Assembly (NCBI GenBank): GCA_016748015.1
Contig: JAAOMT010000512.1
Location: 654,719 to 718,718 of the forward strand
Source of the DNA: Geosiphon pyriformis uo1
Lineage: Eukaryota > Fungi > Glomeromycota
Direction: 5' to 3'
Length of the DNA: 64,000 nt
Position numbers and translations under genes: made by a program. Shown here piece by piece: positions 14,021 to 26,673 of this stretch; positions within the stretch are counted from its first letter, which is position 1; the number at the start of each line of letters is the position of its first letter. Under the pieces are notes generated by a model. That model had not been told where the DNA came from and did not search any database. It was given only the letters and a program-made list of their open reading frames with translations.

Positions 14021-14879
14021 CTTATATATTTTTTGTTTAAACCTACTGTACATTTATTAAAATTAATCAATTGTTAATTTTTGAAATAATCTAGTTAAAA
14101 AGTCTTAAAAATCTTTTTAATAATTTAAAATTTGTATTTCTTATTTTATTAATTAATTATAATTGGTTTATTAATTTTTTTACATTTTTTGAGTAAAAAT
14201 AATAATGTATTATTTTGTTAATTAAAAACAATTTGAACATTTTAAAAAATAAATGAATTATTTTTATTAAAACAATTAATAATAAATTGGGTATAATGTT
14301 TTTAATAAGCAATTATTTTTTAAATTTTGGTTTAAATTATTTTAAAAATAAAAAATATTTTTTTTGTCGAGCAAATATTTTTAGTAAAAACGAGTTTGTT
14401 TTTTGATATTTTTCTTTCTTTATAATTTAAAATTACTTTATGAATTTATTTTTATATTGTATAATTAAAAAAATTACGAGTTTTTTTTACAATATATATA
14501 TAAATAACAAAAGTTAAAAAATTAAAAATCGCAAAATACAGCTAATTAATGGCTAATAAAAATCAAAAAAGCCAAAAACAATAATTAAACTTGACAACAG
14601 AAAACATAAAATTAATAAAAACAAACATATTTCAAAATAAAACTTGAAAAAACAATTTTAAAAAAAACAAATATGACTTAAATAAAACACTCAAACTGTA
14701 TGAACAAAATTTTCAACAATTTTTAATTTAATAGTAAAAGTAGAAATAAAACATATAATATAAAAAAAATTATGTAGGTAGGACGATTTTCTCAAGGTAC
14801 CAATTATTTTTAACTTTTTCACTATAACTTGATTATTGAAAAACAAACTTCTACCAATGGGTCAAATAACCCTTTCTTT

Positions 14880-15442
14880 TTATGACTTCTTTAACACGGT
14901 TTGGTATTGAGTCAAGAAATTGAAGAATTGTCACTAATGGAATAGCATTACACCAGCAAAGAGTAAGCATCTGTTCGTGGCTTTCGGTTTTGGTGAATCC
15001 AATTTTTAACTTTCCTCCACATATTTTCTATTGGACTGGCGATTGTGGAGGTCATTCCAAAGTCACAATTCCAAGATTATTTTGGATTTCCTTCACGAGC
15101 TTTGCACTTGTAAGTTAGGACGTTATATTTTTAAAATATTGGGTTTTCAGCAGTCATAATTATTAGATAAACTCTATCTAATATAAGGCTTCCATTTGCT
15201 TCACCAGTCATACGTGAAGGGGTACGAATCAATTATTCACACCTTGTCCGTTAATACATCCCATACCATGATATATTTACGTCCACTTTTAACGGTTCAT
15301 GATTACTTCTTAAATAATCAGTATTTTTTGTTAATAAAACAATTTTTAACACAAGTGGCGGATCGTCCAATAGTGCATAGAATTTCTGACCATTTTTACC
15401 GTTTTCACCAAAATCTTTTTGGTGACCAATTTGTGTATACAT
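14880..15442 (-). pseudogene. Tc1/mariner-family DDE transposase relic
   Basis: Minus-strand fragments across frameshifts: KSGRKYIMVW / GCINGQGV and AKLVKEIQNNLGIVTLE*PPQSP / PIENMWRKVK, matching the Tc1 motifs 'MVWGC' and 'WPPQSPDLNPIENLW'. TIRs not found. Confidence 0.75.
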
Positions 15443-16076
15443 TTCGAATTTTCAAGTTGCTCTTTAATTAAACAATAAATTAAAGAAAGATGAATGTCTT
15501 TGTTATGAACAATAAGCCCACAAGTGCAATTTTAAGGTTGTTAGTATGTTTAAAATTCTTTACGGTTTTTGAGGAAACGTTCAAATTTTGTGTGACGAAT
15601 TGATACTACGTAAAAATTAATTGAAGGATTTATATTTTTTAGATTATCTGTGAGAGATGATAAAATAGGTTTTAGGTTGACTGTTTTAAATTTAACCAAC
15701 CCTAATCAATGCCTTAGTGGCATATAATTACCAAAAAAGGTAATTCGAATAACCTAATAGGATAAATTTCTGAAAATCATATCAAGTGTCGTATGATGAT
15801 GCACTGCGTATCTATTTTTAAGTGATATATACAAATATGAACTTGATTACTCTTTGTCAACCCATTTTCATAAAAATAAATTGGTATTCTGCAGTCACAT
15901 AAATTTGTGTTCGAGTGAATGTAATACATTAATTAAAATAAAGGAGTCTATCAACAATATCAAAGTTTTTAAAAATGCTAAGTTATGATCTGTGAGTTAT
16001 ATAAGAGTCGAGAATGGATAAATAACTTGAAAATAAACATTCAAAAGATAGCTTTTAAAAAAAAATTGTATGAAAC

Positions 16077-16501
16077 ATGGATGAAGAACCACCTCCTCCA
16101 TATACTGCAGTAAAGGATTTTGTTGTTCCGATTGTGAGTGATAAAACGAGTTCTTCCCTTTTAAAGTTCCGTCATTTGTTTGTTTAAACGAACGAAAAGC
16201 ATTGATAAATTTCTAAAATTTTTTTTTAAAGGATGAACCAACACCAACATTATCATTAGAGTCACCACCACTAACACAATCTCCACCAGATATTAGTGAC
16301 TCGAAGGATAACGTCATGTGTGCTGGAGCTTTTTGTGGCATAGTTTTTCTTACAATAGCCGCAATTAGTAGTGAGTAATAATTTTTTTAATTTGATGAAA
16401 GAAAAAGCAATTACTATTCCACAATGTCGCTAAAAATTTTCAACTTATATCTTCAAAATTTTGGCCCAGTTTGGCGATGGATTATGGGAGATTTGAATTG
16501 A
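16077..16501 (+). CDS. 75-aa PPxY-motif, Pro/Ser/Thr-rich microprotein with C-terminal TM helix, copy 1 (exons 16077-16133, 16232-16370, 16470-16501)
   Basis: GTGAGT donors and AAG/CAG acceptors give MDEEPPPPYTAVKDFVVPIDEPTPTLSLESPPLTQSPPDISDSKDNVMCAGAFCGIVFLTIAAISIWRWIMGDLN*. The exon/intron structure is conserved in four copies. Confidence 0.75.
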
Positions 16502-16853
16502 ATTGAAAAAAGCTGGGAGAAAAACAATCTTAACTGATTTGTGTAGGAATAGAGAAAATACTCGGTGTCTATTTTTACAACTATGAATTTGTAAAAATCT
16601 TTAATTTTAAAAATTGGGATTTCATTTAATGATTTTAATAAATGTTCTTGCCATTAAAAGATATAAACTCTAATAAAATTTCACCATTTTGTGGTCATTT
16701 ATACTATTATGAAGTTCAAAACATCAGTTGCTTACATAAATTTAAATGAGATAAAAGTAAGAATTCTTGAACCCACAATCCATTTGAGATTGATTTTATA
16801 TGTTTTTTTATCTAATAACTATTTAAAATTTGCGAGTAGCAGCTTTTTAAAAG

Positions 16854-19285
16854 TTTTTTTTATTATGCTTTAACAAAGTGTAGTTCAATCACTATCTAAT
16901 GCAATATGATAATAAAATGTCCCAAATTAAACATGATTCACGCGCTTTCTATATGTGACTAGCCATCCGAGCCAGTCAAGCTGAATCTATAGAAGAAAAC
17001 TTCAAAAACATCATCTTTTGCATAGTTGCAACCAAACTATTACTACCAGTAAGCAAACCAGCTAACCATGCAACAGTCTTATTAAAATCATTAGACAAAC
17101 CATTCACACCACACTCCACCTTAAATTAATAACCTCTTTACTCAAATTATTAACAATTCTTTCAAAAATATTAATATTTTTTTTAATTACAAGAATTCTT
17201 TTTTTCATCTCAGCATTTAAAAAGAAGATTTACCAACCAACTTTGTAACCAAAAAAACCAGAACATTAATAGATTTTATAATAGATTTAACCAACAAAAC
17301 TAACTTAACCAACTCAGATTTTAAAAAAAAGAAACTACAGACTTAACAATATTAAGAACAAATGAAAAAACCAAAAAGCAGTAGTTTTAGCATAAAAATT
17401 TGTTTTGAAAAAGTAGGATTCAAAAATATTAGAACCAACAACAAGTCTAAAAAAAAATTAGAGAAAAAAGTAAACCATTTTGTAATTAGAAACCAAATAA
17501 CCTAAACTTTAATACTTAAAACAACATTAATACTTAGAAGTTTTTCACCAAATACAGCTTTTTTTCAAGCTACTAATCTTAAAAATAATAGTATCCAAGT
17601 TAGCTTGAAAGCCAAAAATAACAATAACATATTTTAATTGTTTTTTTTTTTATTACAGGATTAACGAGTGAGGCCCAACCACTACCTAAAACTATAGAAC
17701 ATAAGCATTCTTATATTAAGCGTGGCTCATGCGTTCTCTACACGTGACCGGTCACTCGGGCCAATCAAGGCAACACTAAGCGCTAAAACTATCAACAACA
17801 GGAACGTCCCGCAAAAAGCCAAAACTAGTATTAGATAAGCGAGAATGCAAACCGAAACAAACATGGATACCTAATCTGATGCCAAAATCAAAAATTACAC
17901 CACGGGACCAGACGGAGGCTAAGCCAGATATAGACGGTATCTCGGATCCATCACGCGGCAGAAGATCATGTCTCTCGTAATGCAACCTCAACTTTGCAGT
18001 CGGCAACCATATGGCGGACCTGTGACCCTCAGCGAAACCCCGAACCAGCTTGATGACAGAATCAGCACCATCGGAACTTTTAATTGTTAAAATAAATTAA
18101 GAGGCCAAAAAATAAAAAAATAAGATCATAAATTTAAAAAATTAACTTACTAATTTTAAAAGCAGTATAACCAAAAGAAAAATTTATTAACTTAGTTTTA
18201 AATACATCTTTTAAAATAATAACTTTTCTTTAATTTAGAAAAAAAATTAGCAAACAAAACTTGAATAGCAGTATTTAAAAAAAATTAAAATACAAATTTT
18301 ATACAAAAAAGCTTAATATTGTTCTTAAAAACTGACTTTATATTAATGAAGCCATATATAAATTAAAAAACAGTCTTAATATATACCAATTTGATCTTAA
18401 AAAAGACACCAACTACCAAAATAAAAATTATTTATTCAAAATATTTTAATAATTAATAATTGTTTCCTAAATATTATTAAAAAATAGTATTATTAGAAAA
18501 CAAAAAAGGAAAGAAATATTTATTTATTTTTTGGTTAGTTCAATTTTTAAAATTAAATAATTTAATAAACTAATTGAACAGAGTTATATATAAAAATATA
18601 ATTTGTTTTGCTTTCAAAATCAGTAAAGATTAATCGAAATTTAATATATCAAGTAATATAATTAAAATTTAATTTAAACCAAAATAGATTAATATACTTT
18701 CTTATTATTGTTTAGAATAGACAACTAATTGCTATTTATAGCCATAATAAAACCGAACACTATAATTGGTGATAATACTACAAAATTAATAAAAAAGCCA
18801 AAAAAACAGAAAAAACCGAAGCTTTATTTTTCACAAAAAAAAGTCAGATTTTATATAATTAAAAAAACAGAGTTTTCTAGCACCACAAAAAAACCGGCAA
18901 TTAACTTGAAAAAAAAGATAATTGTTTTTTCGTTGTTTTGGCTTTTTTTGCAATTTAAACAGCAAAAAAAAATGGTAGCTTGGCTATTAATTTATGATTA
19001 AAAGTCTTAAGACTCTTTAAAATAGTAGTAATTACACTAAAATTATTCTTACTGTGCCACTTTAATAAAATTTTAAAAGAAAAAATCTTTACTTAAAGGC
19101 AAAAAAAGTGCTTTAATATTAACAAAAAGCTGATTTACTATAATATTATTTAAGAAGAATGCTTTAAAAAAAGGTTGTCAAGTAGTTTCTACAGTTGTAA
19201 ATATATTTTTGATAAAAATATTATTAGAAACTTTTTTACTCTTTGTTTTAGTTGTGATTACAAAAATACAAGAGAAAAAGAATTC
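16854..19285 (-). mobile_element. Non-autonomous LINE derivative (ORF1 relic joined directly to 3' UTR/poly-A), interrupted by a younger LINE fragment
   Basis: Poly-T at 16854. 3' UTR core GGCTAGTCACATATAGAAAGCGCGTG on the minus strand. The ORF1 end lies immediately upstream and no ORF2 motifs are seen. The same insertion is in the right arm (35430-37306). Confidence 0.7.
17641..18077 (-). mobile_element. Young 5'-truncated LINE insertion (ORF2 C-terminus + 3' UTR + poly-A) with ~11-bp TSD
   Basis: GC/CpG-rich. ORF 17776-18006 is the LINE ORF2 tail. Poly-T at 17641-17652. TTTTAATTGTT occurs at 17632-17642 and 18078-18088. The paralogous site at ~36469-36480 lacks the insert. Confidence 0.85.
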
Positions 19286-21375
19286 TAATATTATTTTGAA
19301 AGATTTAATATGTTAATATATTTAAATTTATTAAGTTTTTTTATGATTTTTTGCATATAATAATTTAAACATAAACTATACATATTATTAATATTTTTTA
19401 TAGATTATTGTTTTTTATTATTTTAATTGTGGTTATTTTTGCAAGTATTTTTTTTTAGTTAATATATAAATGGTTTATTAAGTATAATCTATGTATTATT
19501 AATATTAAAAATTAAAAATTTAAGTATATGCAATCTGTTTTTTTTATTACATTTTTTATAGCAATATAAATTTAATTATTATGTTTAATTTATTAAAGTT
19601 AGTTTGTAAAAAATAATTTAATATAAAGTTAAAAATTATATATTTTCTGTTGAATAAATATTTATTAAAAAATCACAGATTATTTTGATATTTTTAATGT
19701 TATAAAGTTTTAATTTTATTGTTATTTATGTTAAAATGTAAAGTAACATAAAATTAAGCTTTCTTAAGCATATATAACTTTAATTAATTTATAAAACCAT
19801 TGTAAATTTTTATTATCATTATAAATATAAAAAACTTGATTTTGATGATCAAGAAGCTTTAACACTTTTATTATATAAGCCAAAAACAAGCAACAAAATT
19901 TAATATTTTTTTAACTTTATTTATTATCAATAAAAATGGTTAATATTTAGAAAATATGCTCCACAAAGAGAATTTATGTTATAATATAACCGGAAAAATT
20001 TCATTTCATTTCCTTTGATAACAATTAAAATTAACCAATTCAGACTTCTGCAATTGATTTAAATAAAATAAAATGCCGTTGTTGAGCATAGAGACAATTC
20101 TCAATTATTACTGAAATATAAAAAAATGTGGGACATTAATTCTTTTCATGGCTCATTAGAAAAAAACATGCAGTAAAGCAAAAGTTGGGTCCAATAAATT
20201 GACAGATTAAAAATATGTTAATTGTTAAATATTATTGTATTTCAGTATAATAAAAAGTGGATTAAGTACTGCATGACTTGATCTAAGAATAAAAATGAAG
20301 ATTGAATTAATAGGCCAATGATTCTGCAAAATTTGTATTCATTTTTAGATTAATTTTAGACTTGAACATTTTGGTAGCCTTTTACTATCACAGCTTTTTC
20401 TAATAATTAAGATTACAAACTTTTATAAGCTTGGCAATGGGTGATCATGTTTAAAATCATTTTTTAAGAAGGAAAAGTGAACAAGAAAATCAAATTATTT
20501 TTCTTTTGAATTTTTGAACTAAAATTGCATGGCCTGATAATTCAATGCTGAATTAAATCTAGTAAAAAACCAGTTTATTTAATAAGTTGTATAAAAAGAT
20601 ATGCATATTGTTCGATTTAAATTTATTTTTCAAATCTAGATTTCAACCATTTTTCTCAGTTAGTTTTTCAAGCAAAATAAATTTAATGACTTTTTAGATT
20701 TACTTTTTAAGTGGAAAAAAAAGGAATTTCAATTTCTCCTTTCAATGTATGATATACTTTGGATACCAAAACAAACTTAATATCCTAGCCACAAAAATAT
20801 ATATTTAATAAATATGCCAAATACAAATAATTTTAAATAAACATATAATAATTTCATATTATATAGGCATATATATAATTCTACAAATTGTGGCTTTTTT
20901 CGCCTCCACGAATAGATAATATGTAAAAACTAATCTATATTTTTAGCGTGAGAGATGATAAATAATCTTTAGGCGAACTTTTTAAATTTAACCAACCTAG
21001 TCAAACACCATAATAGCAAATAGTTACCAAAAAGAGAATTCGAATGACTTAGTAGGCTATATAAAATATCGCAAGATGGTGCACTACATATCTATTTTAA
21101 GTGGCATATACAAATACAAATATGAACTTTATTACAATGGATTACTCTTTGTGAGATTACCATTTTCATAAAAATAAACTGGTATTCTGCAGTCACATAA
21201 ATTTGTGTTCGAGTGAATGTAATACATTAATTAAAATAAAGGAGTCTATCAACAATATCAAAGTTATTAAAAATGCTAAGTTATGATCTGTGAGTTATAT
21301 AAGATTCGAGAATGTATAAATAACTTGAAAATAAACATTCAAAAGATAGCTTTTTAAAAAAAAATTGAATGAAAC

Positions 21376-21799
21376 ATGGATGAAAAATTACCTCCTCCAT
21401 ATACTGCAGTAGAGGATTTTGTTGTTCCGATTGTGAGTGATAAAACGAGTTCTTCCGTTTCAAAGTTCCGTCATTTGGTTGTTAAACGAATGAAAAGCAT
21501 TGATAAATTTCTAAAAAATCTTTTTAAAGGATGAACCAACACCAACATTATCATTAGAGTCACCACCACTAACACAATCTCCACCAGATACTAGTGACTC
21601 GAAGGATAAAATCATATATGCTCGAGGTTTTTGTGGCATAATTTCTCTTACAATAGCCGCAATTAGTAGTGAGTAATAATTTTTTTAATTTGATGAAAGA
21701 AAAAGCAATTACTATTCCACAATGTCGCTAAAAATTTTCAACTTATATCTTCAAAATTTTGGCCCAGTTTGGCGATGGATTATGGGATATTTGAATTGA
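21376..21799 (+). CDS. 75-aa PPxY/TM microprotein, copy 2 (exons 21376-21432, 21530-21668, 21768-21799)
   Basis: MDEKLPPPYTAVEDFVVPIDEPTPTLSLESPPLTQSPPDTSDSKDKIIYARGFCGIISLTIAAISIWRWIMGYLN*; same splice sites as copy 1. Confidence 0.75.
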
Positions 21800-22189
21800 A
21801 TTGAAAAAAGCTGGGAGAAAAACAATCTTAACTGATTTGTGTAGGAATAGAGAAAATACTCGGTGTCTATTTTTACAACTATGAATTTGTAAAAATCTTT
21901 AATTTTAAAAATTGGGATTTCATTTAATGATTTTAATAAATGTTCTTGCCATTAAAAGATATAAACTCTAATAAAATTTCACCATTTTGTTGTCATTTAT
22001 ACTATTATGAAGTTCAAAACATCAATTTTTTATATAAATATAACTGAAATAAAATAAAATTCGAAAAGTTGTTTAGTTGAATTTAAAATTTGCAAGTGGT
22101 AGCATTTTGAAAGGGTTTAAATAGTTATCAATTTGAATCTTTTATTACATAAGTTATCTTAATAATTTTGACATATTATTAATTGTTTA

Positions 22190-22830
22190 TAACAGATTTT
22201 TGTTCTTAATACATTTTCTTCTATATATAGAATTACAAAAAACACTGAAACACTTGAATATGGGATGGAGTTTGCCCAACATGGAAATATTTAACATCAC
22301 ACTTATTAATAAATTAGATCTTGTGCTGGATAGATTATGGACTTGAGGAAATTCATTCTGCTGGTATGGTTCATCGTGATCTACACTCGGGGAATATCTT
22401 AAAAAAGTTTTCAAGTAAAAATTTGTGACCTCGGATTAATTCAACCTAACAAATAATGAAATAACAGAGGAAGTTGGCAATATTTATCGTCTAGGGTGAT
22501 ATTATGGTAAGTGGATCCCTTTATGATAATTCTCATGACCAAATCCTTATAATGAACAATTCAAATGGTAAAAAACCTGAAATTATCTCCAACTTGCTAC
22601 AAGTTGTCGTGAAGTTGAAGGAACTTAATAATTTGAATTTTAACTAGTGTTTAAGTGAGAGGTTACACTTTACAGAATTAGAAAATTACAATAAAAGAAA
22701 TTGCGGAAGATGACAAGGAGATATCAAAACCTTTAGGAAAAATTTTAAAATATGTTCAATTCCTTCAAAAATCATGAAAGGGGAGGAGAATTCATTCAGA
22801 AGCAGTTGATACAAGTTGTCTTTTAACTGT
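22190..22830 (+). pseudogene. Protein kinase pseudogene (Glomeromycotina expanded TKL-like type)
   Basis: GLEEIHSAGMVHRDLHSGNIL at 22339-22401, then VKICDLGL in a shifted frame, SHDQILIM, and a C-terminal IHSEAVDTSCLL. Frameshifts and deletions throughout. Confidence 0.8.
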
Positions 22831-24215
22831 TCAATTGATTAATTTTTCAACAGGTTTCTTCATATCATTTATTAATTATTGGTTTCATTGATAAATTGGT
22901 TATATTAATTAAATTTATATTTATATTTAATTATAAATATTTTTTTGAAAAGAAATTTCTCAGCAACAAACCTTTATAAAGGATCTTATTTATTCTTTTA
23001 TGTGAGAGAAACCGAGACATATAATATGGTTTGAAATAGATATTAACTAACTAGAGTTTCAATTAAATTAACATACTATAAGTAACTAGAAAATCTTCCT
23101 ACCAAATACATTTCTTCAAAGGCAAATCTGTTCCGAATATCAAAGTTATAGCAATTATAAAGTAAAATTTTAAAAATATCTGAAAACTCAAAGTTTGATG
23201 AAATTATCCAAAATTGTATATAAATCATGCTGGATTTTTTCAAAAAAACATTCTTGGTAAGTAGAAATAAGTTTGTAAATGCAGAGATTTTAAATTTTAT
23301 TACTAAAAAAAAACCACATTAAAATATACTTCAAAAATACAAAAAAACAAAATTTTGTTTCATAAATAAATTCATCATATTGTCATGGAAACTATATTTT
23401 TCATCGGATTAAATTTGAGATTTTTAAACGGGGAACATTCTTCCTTGCAACTACCTATTTTTGGCTTATCAGTAACAATTATTTGGTGAGGTTATCATTA
23501 TAGTTTTGTAAATAAATTTGTTTCTGATCTTGTCCACATTTAAAGTTCTTTCTAAAGTTCCATTGTAAATTATTTGAAATTAATTATATATCAAGGGGTA
23601 ATAGTTGAAATTGATCCAGTGGTCAACAAAAATTGAAATGATTATAAACAAATTATATGAATGAAATTAAAGCAAAAAGTCAATAATGGGGAAGAAACCT
23701 ATAGCTATTGTTCAAAGCCGATCTGTAAACCCGATTTTTCAGTCAATGATATTCTACCTGTTATTCCCTATTTTGAACATTTAAACTTTAGGAAATATAC
23801 GTAAAAGAACAAAATAATTAATTTAGTGTATATTTAAACCTTTTAGCTTTAATTCTTTTCACTCTACCGGCTTTTTGGTCCATTTTGTATATACATAAGG
23901 CACATTTTATTTTGTCACCTTTTTTCTTTTGTGTTTAAATTTTTCACAACAGACCACCCATAACTTTTACTTTGAATGTTTAGATCGATTCCCATAAAAT
24001 GATTAATTAATGTTAATGTAACGCGTTTTCGATTGTTGAAATGGATGATTGATTGTGTAATTTGGAAATACAAAACAAACAAATCCTCATTAACTATTTT
24101 AACGCATGTCAAGTGTTCCAACACCCCACTTACTTTTGATTAAGAAGCTAATTTGGCTATAGTAAAGCAATCCAATCCAATCCAAAAATATTTTTTCATC
24201 AATTTTTTTCACATA

Positions 24216-26673
24216 ATGATAACAGCATCAACATCTTCAACTTACTCTCAAAGTATAGCTTCAAATCGTTATCACTCCTTACCACCGTTTAAAAAATTCA
24301 TCCAAATTCAGGTTAATTCTAAGCCCCCAATAACCATTAGCCTCAATCTAGATGCTCAGTTATCTGCTGTTAGAAAATTCCTATCCGAGGAACCAAGTGT
24401 TTACATGAACCAAAATATGTATTTTATCACTCTTGATTCACGGATTCCACAGAAAAACGAAGGAGATGTGCAGTTGTTCGATATTTTGGAAGATAATACT
24501 TTACATATTTCACTTGTTATTGAACCTGATTGGCCTAGAATTATTAAGAAATCTAGTTTGGAGTATGGTGTTAAATTTTCAAAGGTGGGACCGATCAGGA
24601 AAAATCCTGATAATTCGATAAAAGTTTTCGAATTTAGGAATTTTCCCGCAAATTTTTTTAAGAAACCAGAGACAATGGATGAAAGTATCACTGTTAGGAA
24701 TGATGGTGATAAATTCTGCGTAACTAATCATATTTCAAGGGCTCAAGTTGAAACAGAATTAAAATGGTAAATGGAATTTTTTTTATAACTCAACATCTTT
24801 TCTCTACTAATCAACTTTCAATAGGCCATCATTTTGTGAACGTCTCGATGTCTCTCTAAACCCTTATACGGAACAAAAAATAATTTCAGCAGGAGTCTAC
24901 AGGATCACCAAACACATCAAAGCTGTCATTAAAATGACTCAAGATAATGTTGTTCCAACCGAAGAATATAAATCAGCCATTGATCAGGCCCTAAATTCTT
25001 CCAATCCAAAACTTGAGTTGGAAGGGGTTTTAAACCGATATGGTCCTTTTTGGTGTCAAAGAATTGTTTTAGGAGGCAAGATTATGTATATCGATCATAA
25101 AAGAATACCTCCGATGCTTCAAAGACACGAAGAGATTAAGGCTGGTCCTTCAAATGGTGTTGATTCTAATTTAATAATGAGATCCTTGCAAATACATGGT
25201 AAAGAGTCAATAGAATCAATAAATTTTAATAAAGACAGACCCAGTTTTCAAATATTTGGAGGAAAAGAGAATGCATATGACGAAAATGGAGTTTTAGGTA
25301 TGTCCAACAAAAATACATGTAGTGGATTTAATTTTTTGATAAAAATAGATTAGCTGATTCATTAAACAAATTTCGCAGGTTGGATAAGATCATTAGACGA
25401 TGACCCAAACACATGGGAAATTATTGAATACCAAGAAATCACCTCAATTTTTGATCTATTAGATAATAGAACCCAGCAGAGAATTTCAAATGCTTTAGGC
25501 CCAATTATCCTGGAATCTCGTCTAGAAACAATAAATTTCTCAATGGACACATCTCTTCCAAAGCCCTATATATTTTCTCTTCCCTCAAGCGAACATTTCA
25601 AAAAAGTTCATCAAATTTTTGCAACATTAATGACCGATGACGAAACAAGAGATGTTTTCTCACTTCGGGTTCATTACGAAGATAAACATACACCATCAAT
25701 ACTTATCCATCGGGTGGCGAGACTAAAACGCAAATCTGAAATTAAAAAATTTACTTTAAAGCTTGGATGGATAATCCTTGGAAGTTTGCCCAATTTTTGT
25801 TCCTGGAAATATGATCCTAATGCACCTTTATTTACGAGCGGAGAGGTTGAAATGGTAGCATTGAAAGATAGATATAGTGCAAGTCTGGACTTGGATAAAT
25901 TTGTCCCGAATATGAGTTATCTAGTGATGCCTGTTTCGAGATCTGGGGTGAAATCTTCTCGTGATCCTAAAAATTTTGAGTTTATTACTGGAGCACATTT
26001 AGTTGTGAATGATAAACTACTTCATGCGTGTGGATTTTGCTATGAACTTGATACATGTTTGTAAATTTTTATTACGTTTGAATTTCTCCACTTTTTATAA
26101 TTTTTTTATAATTCTCTCTCTAAATCTCTTTCCTTGATTCATTAAAGTAAAACCACATATAAGGTTACTAGACCTGTCATTGAATTTCACTGTAAATTAT
26201 TGGTGAGTGAATAATCCAGAGTATTAGATTGTATATTTTGATTAATATTTTTTTCTAAAAGCAAAAGTTATAATATTTCACCTTTTTTGAATAGCATAAT
26301 TGAAGGGCCACAGCAACCTAATTTCAATAACGTGAAAATATTTCCAAAACGATCAAGCTGGTCATTCCGGTTTCCAAGAAATTTTAATATTTATTTTAGC
26401 CAATATCAAATACTTTCTTCCTTCATGCTGACTGGTCATTTCCCGCAAAATGAAATCAATGAAACAACACTACCCACAACGAATACTATAGGTGGCTCAT
26501 CTAAAATCCAGCATCCAGTTTTTTTATCGTTGCAATTAAGCAGCTATTCGAGCAACTTTAATCCAGGGTTTTTTATGATCTCTCCGAATAATTTATTGTT
26601 TCGATCTATGAAGCAAACTTTTGGAAAGCATGCTCGTGTAGCGTACTTTTGCGCACCCACTTTTGAATCCTAG
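24216..26673 (+). CDS. ~711-aa protein with a MACPF-like central domain and a putative ubiquitin-like N-terminus (exons 24216-24766, 24825-25297, 25379-26056, 26148-26202, 26295-26673)
   Basis: Five GT-AG-spliced exons join four track ORFs into one 2136-nt frame. The motifs 'AIDQALNS..LEGVLNRYGPFWCQRIVLGGKI' and 'FGG..GWIRSLDDDPNTWEII..SIFDLL' resemble MACPF signatures. Confidence 0.75.

Larger units (their letters stand above)
15590..21800 (+). repeat. Left arm of a ~6 kb inverted segmental duplication (partner 32840-38460)
   Basis: The order upstream region / microgene / LINE derivative / ~2 kb spacer / microgene is mirrored on the minus strand at 38460-32840. The spacer 19290-21240 is near-identical to the reverse complement of 33360-35390. 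Confidence 0.85.

Noticed and set aside
4671-14070. Track ORFs rich in F/I/K/N/L (4671, 10304, 10516, 13888; also 18729, 36613-36973, 47052-57709)
   Set aside because: Chance or residual frames in transition-eroded TE DNA; their apparent TM-like composition comes from AT bias.
15196-15471. ORFs 15196(+) and 15251(-) as independent genes
   Set aside because: They overlap a frameshifted Tc1 transposase relic.
23050-23800. Moderately GC-rich stretches (also 27200-27750, 43750-44130) as gene remnants
   Set aside because: No recognisable motif or consistent exon structure found by eye.
24401-25550. Antisense or alternate-frame ORFs in the MACPF-like gene (likewise 28600, 29162, 31050, 31162, 42144, 42771, 42823, 43369 and the shadows of gag/pol)
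   Set aside because: Shadows of better supported spliced genes, with no motifs.
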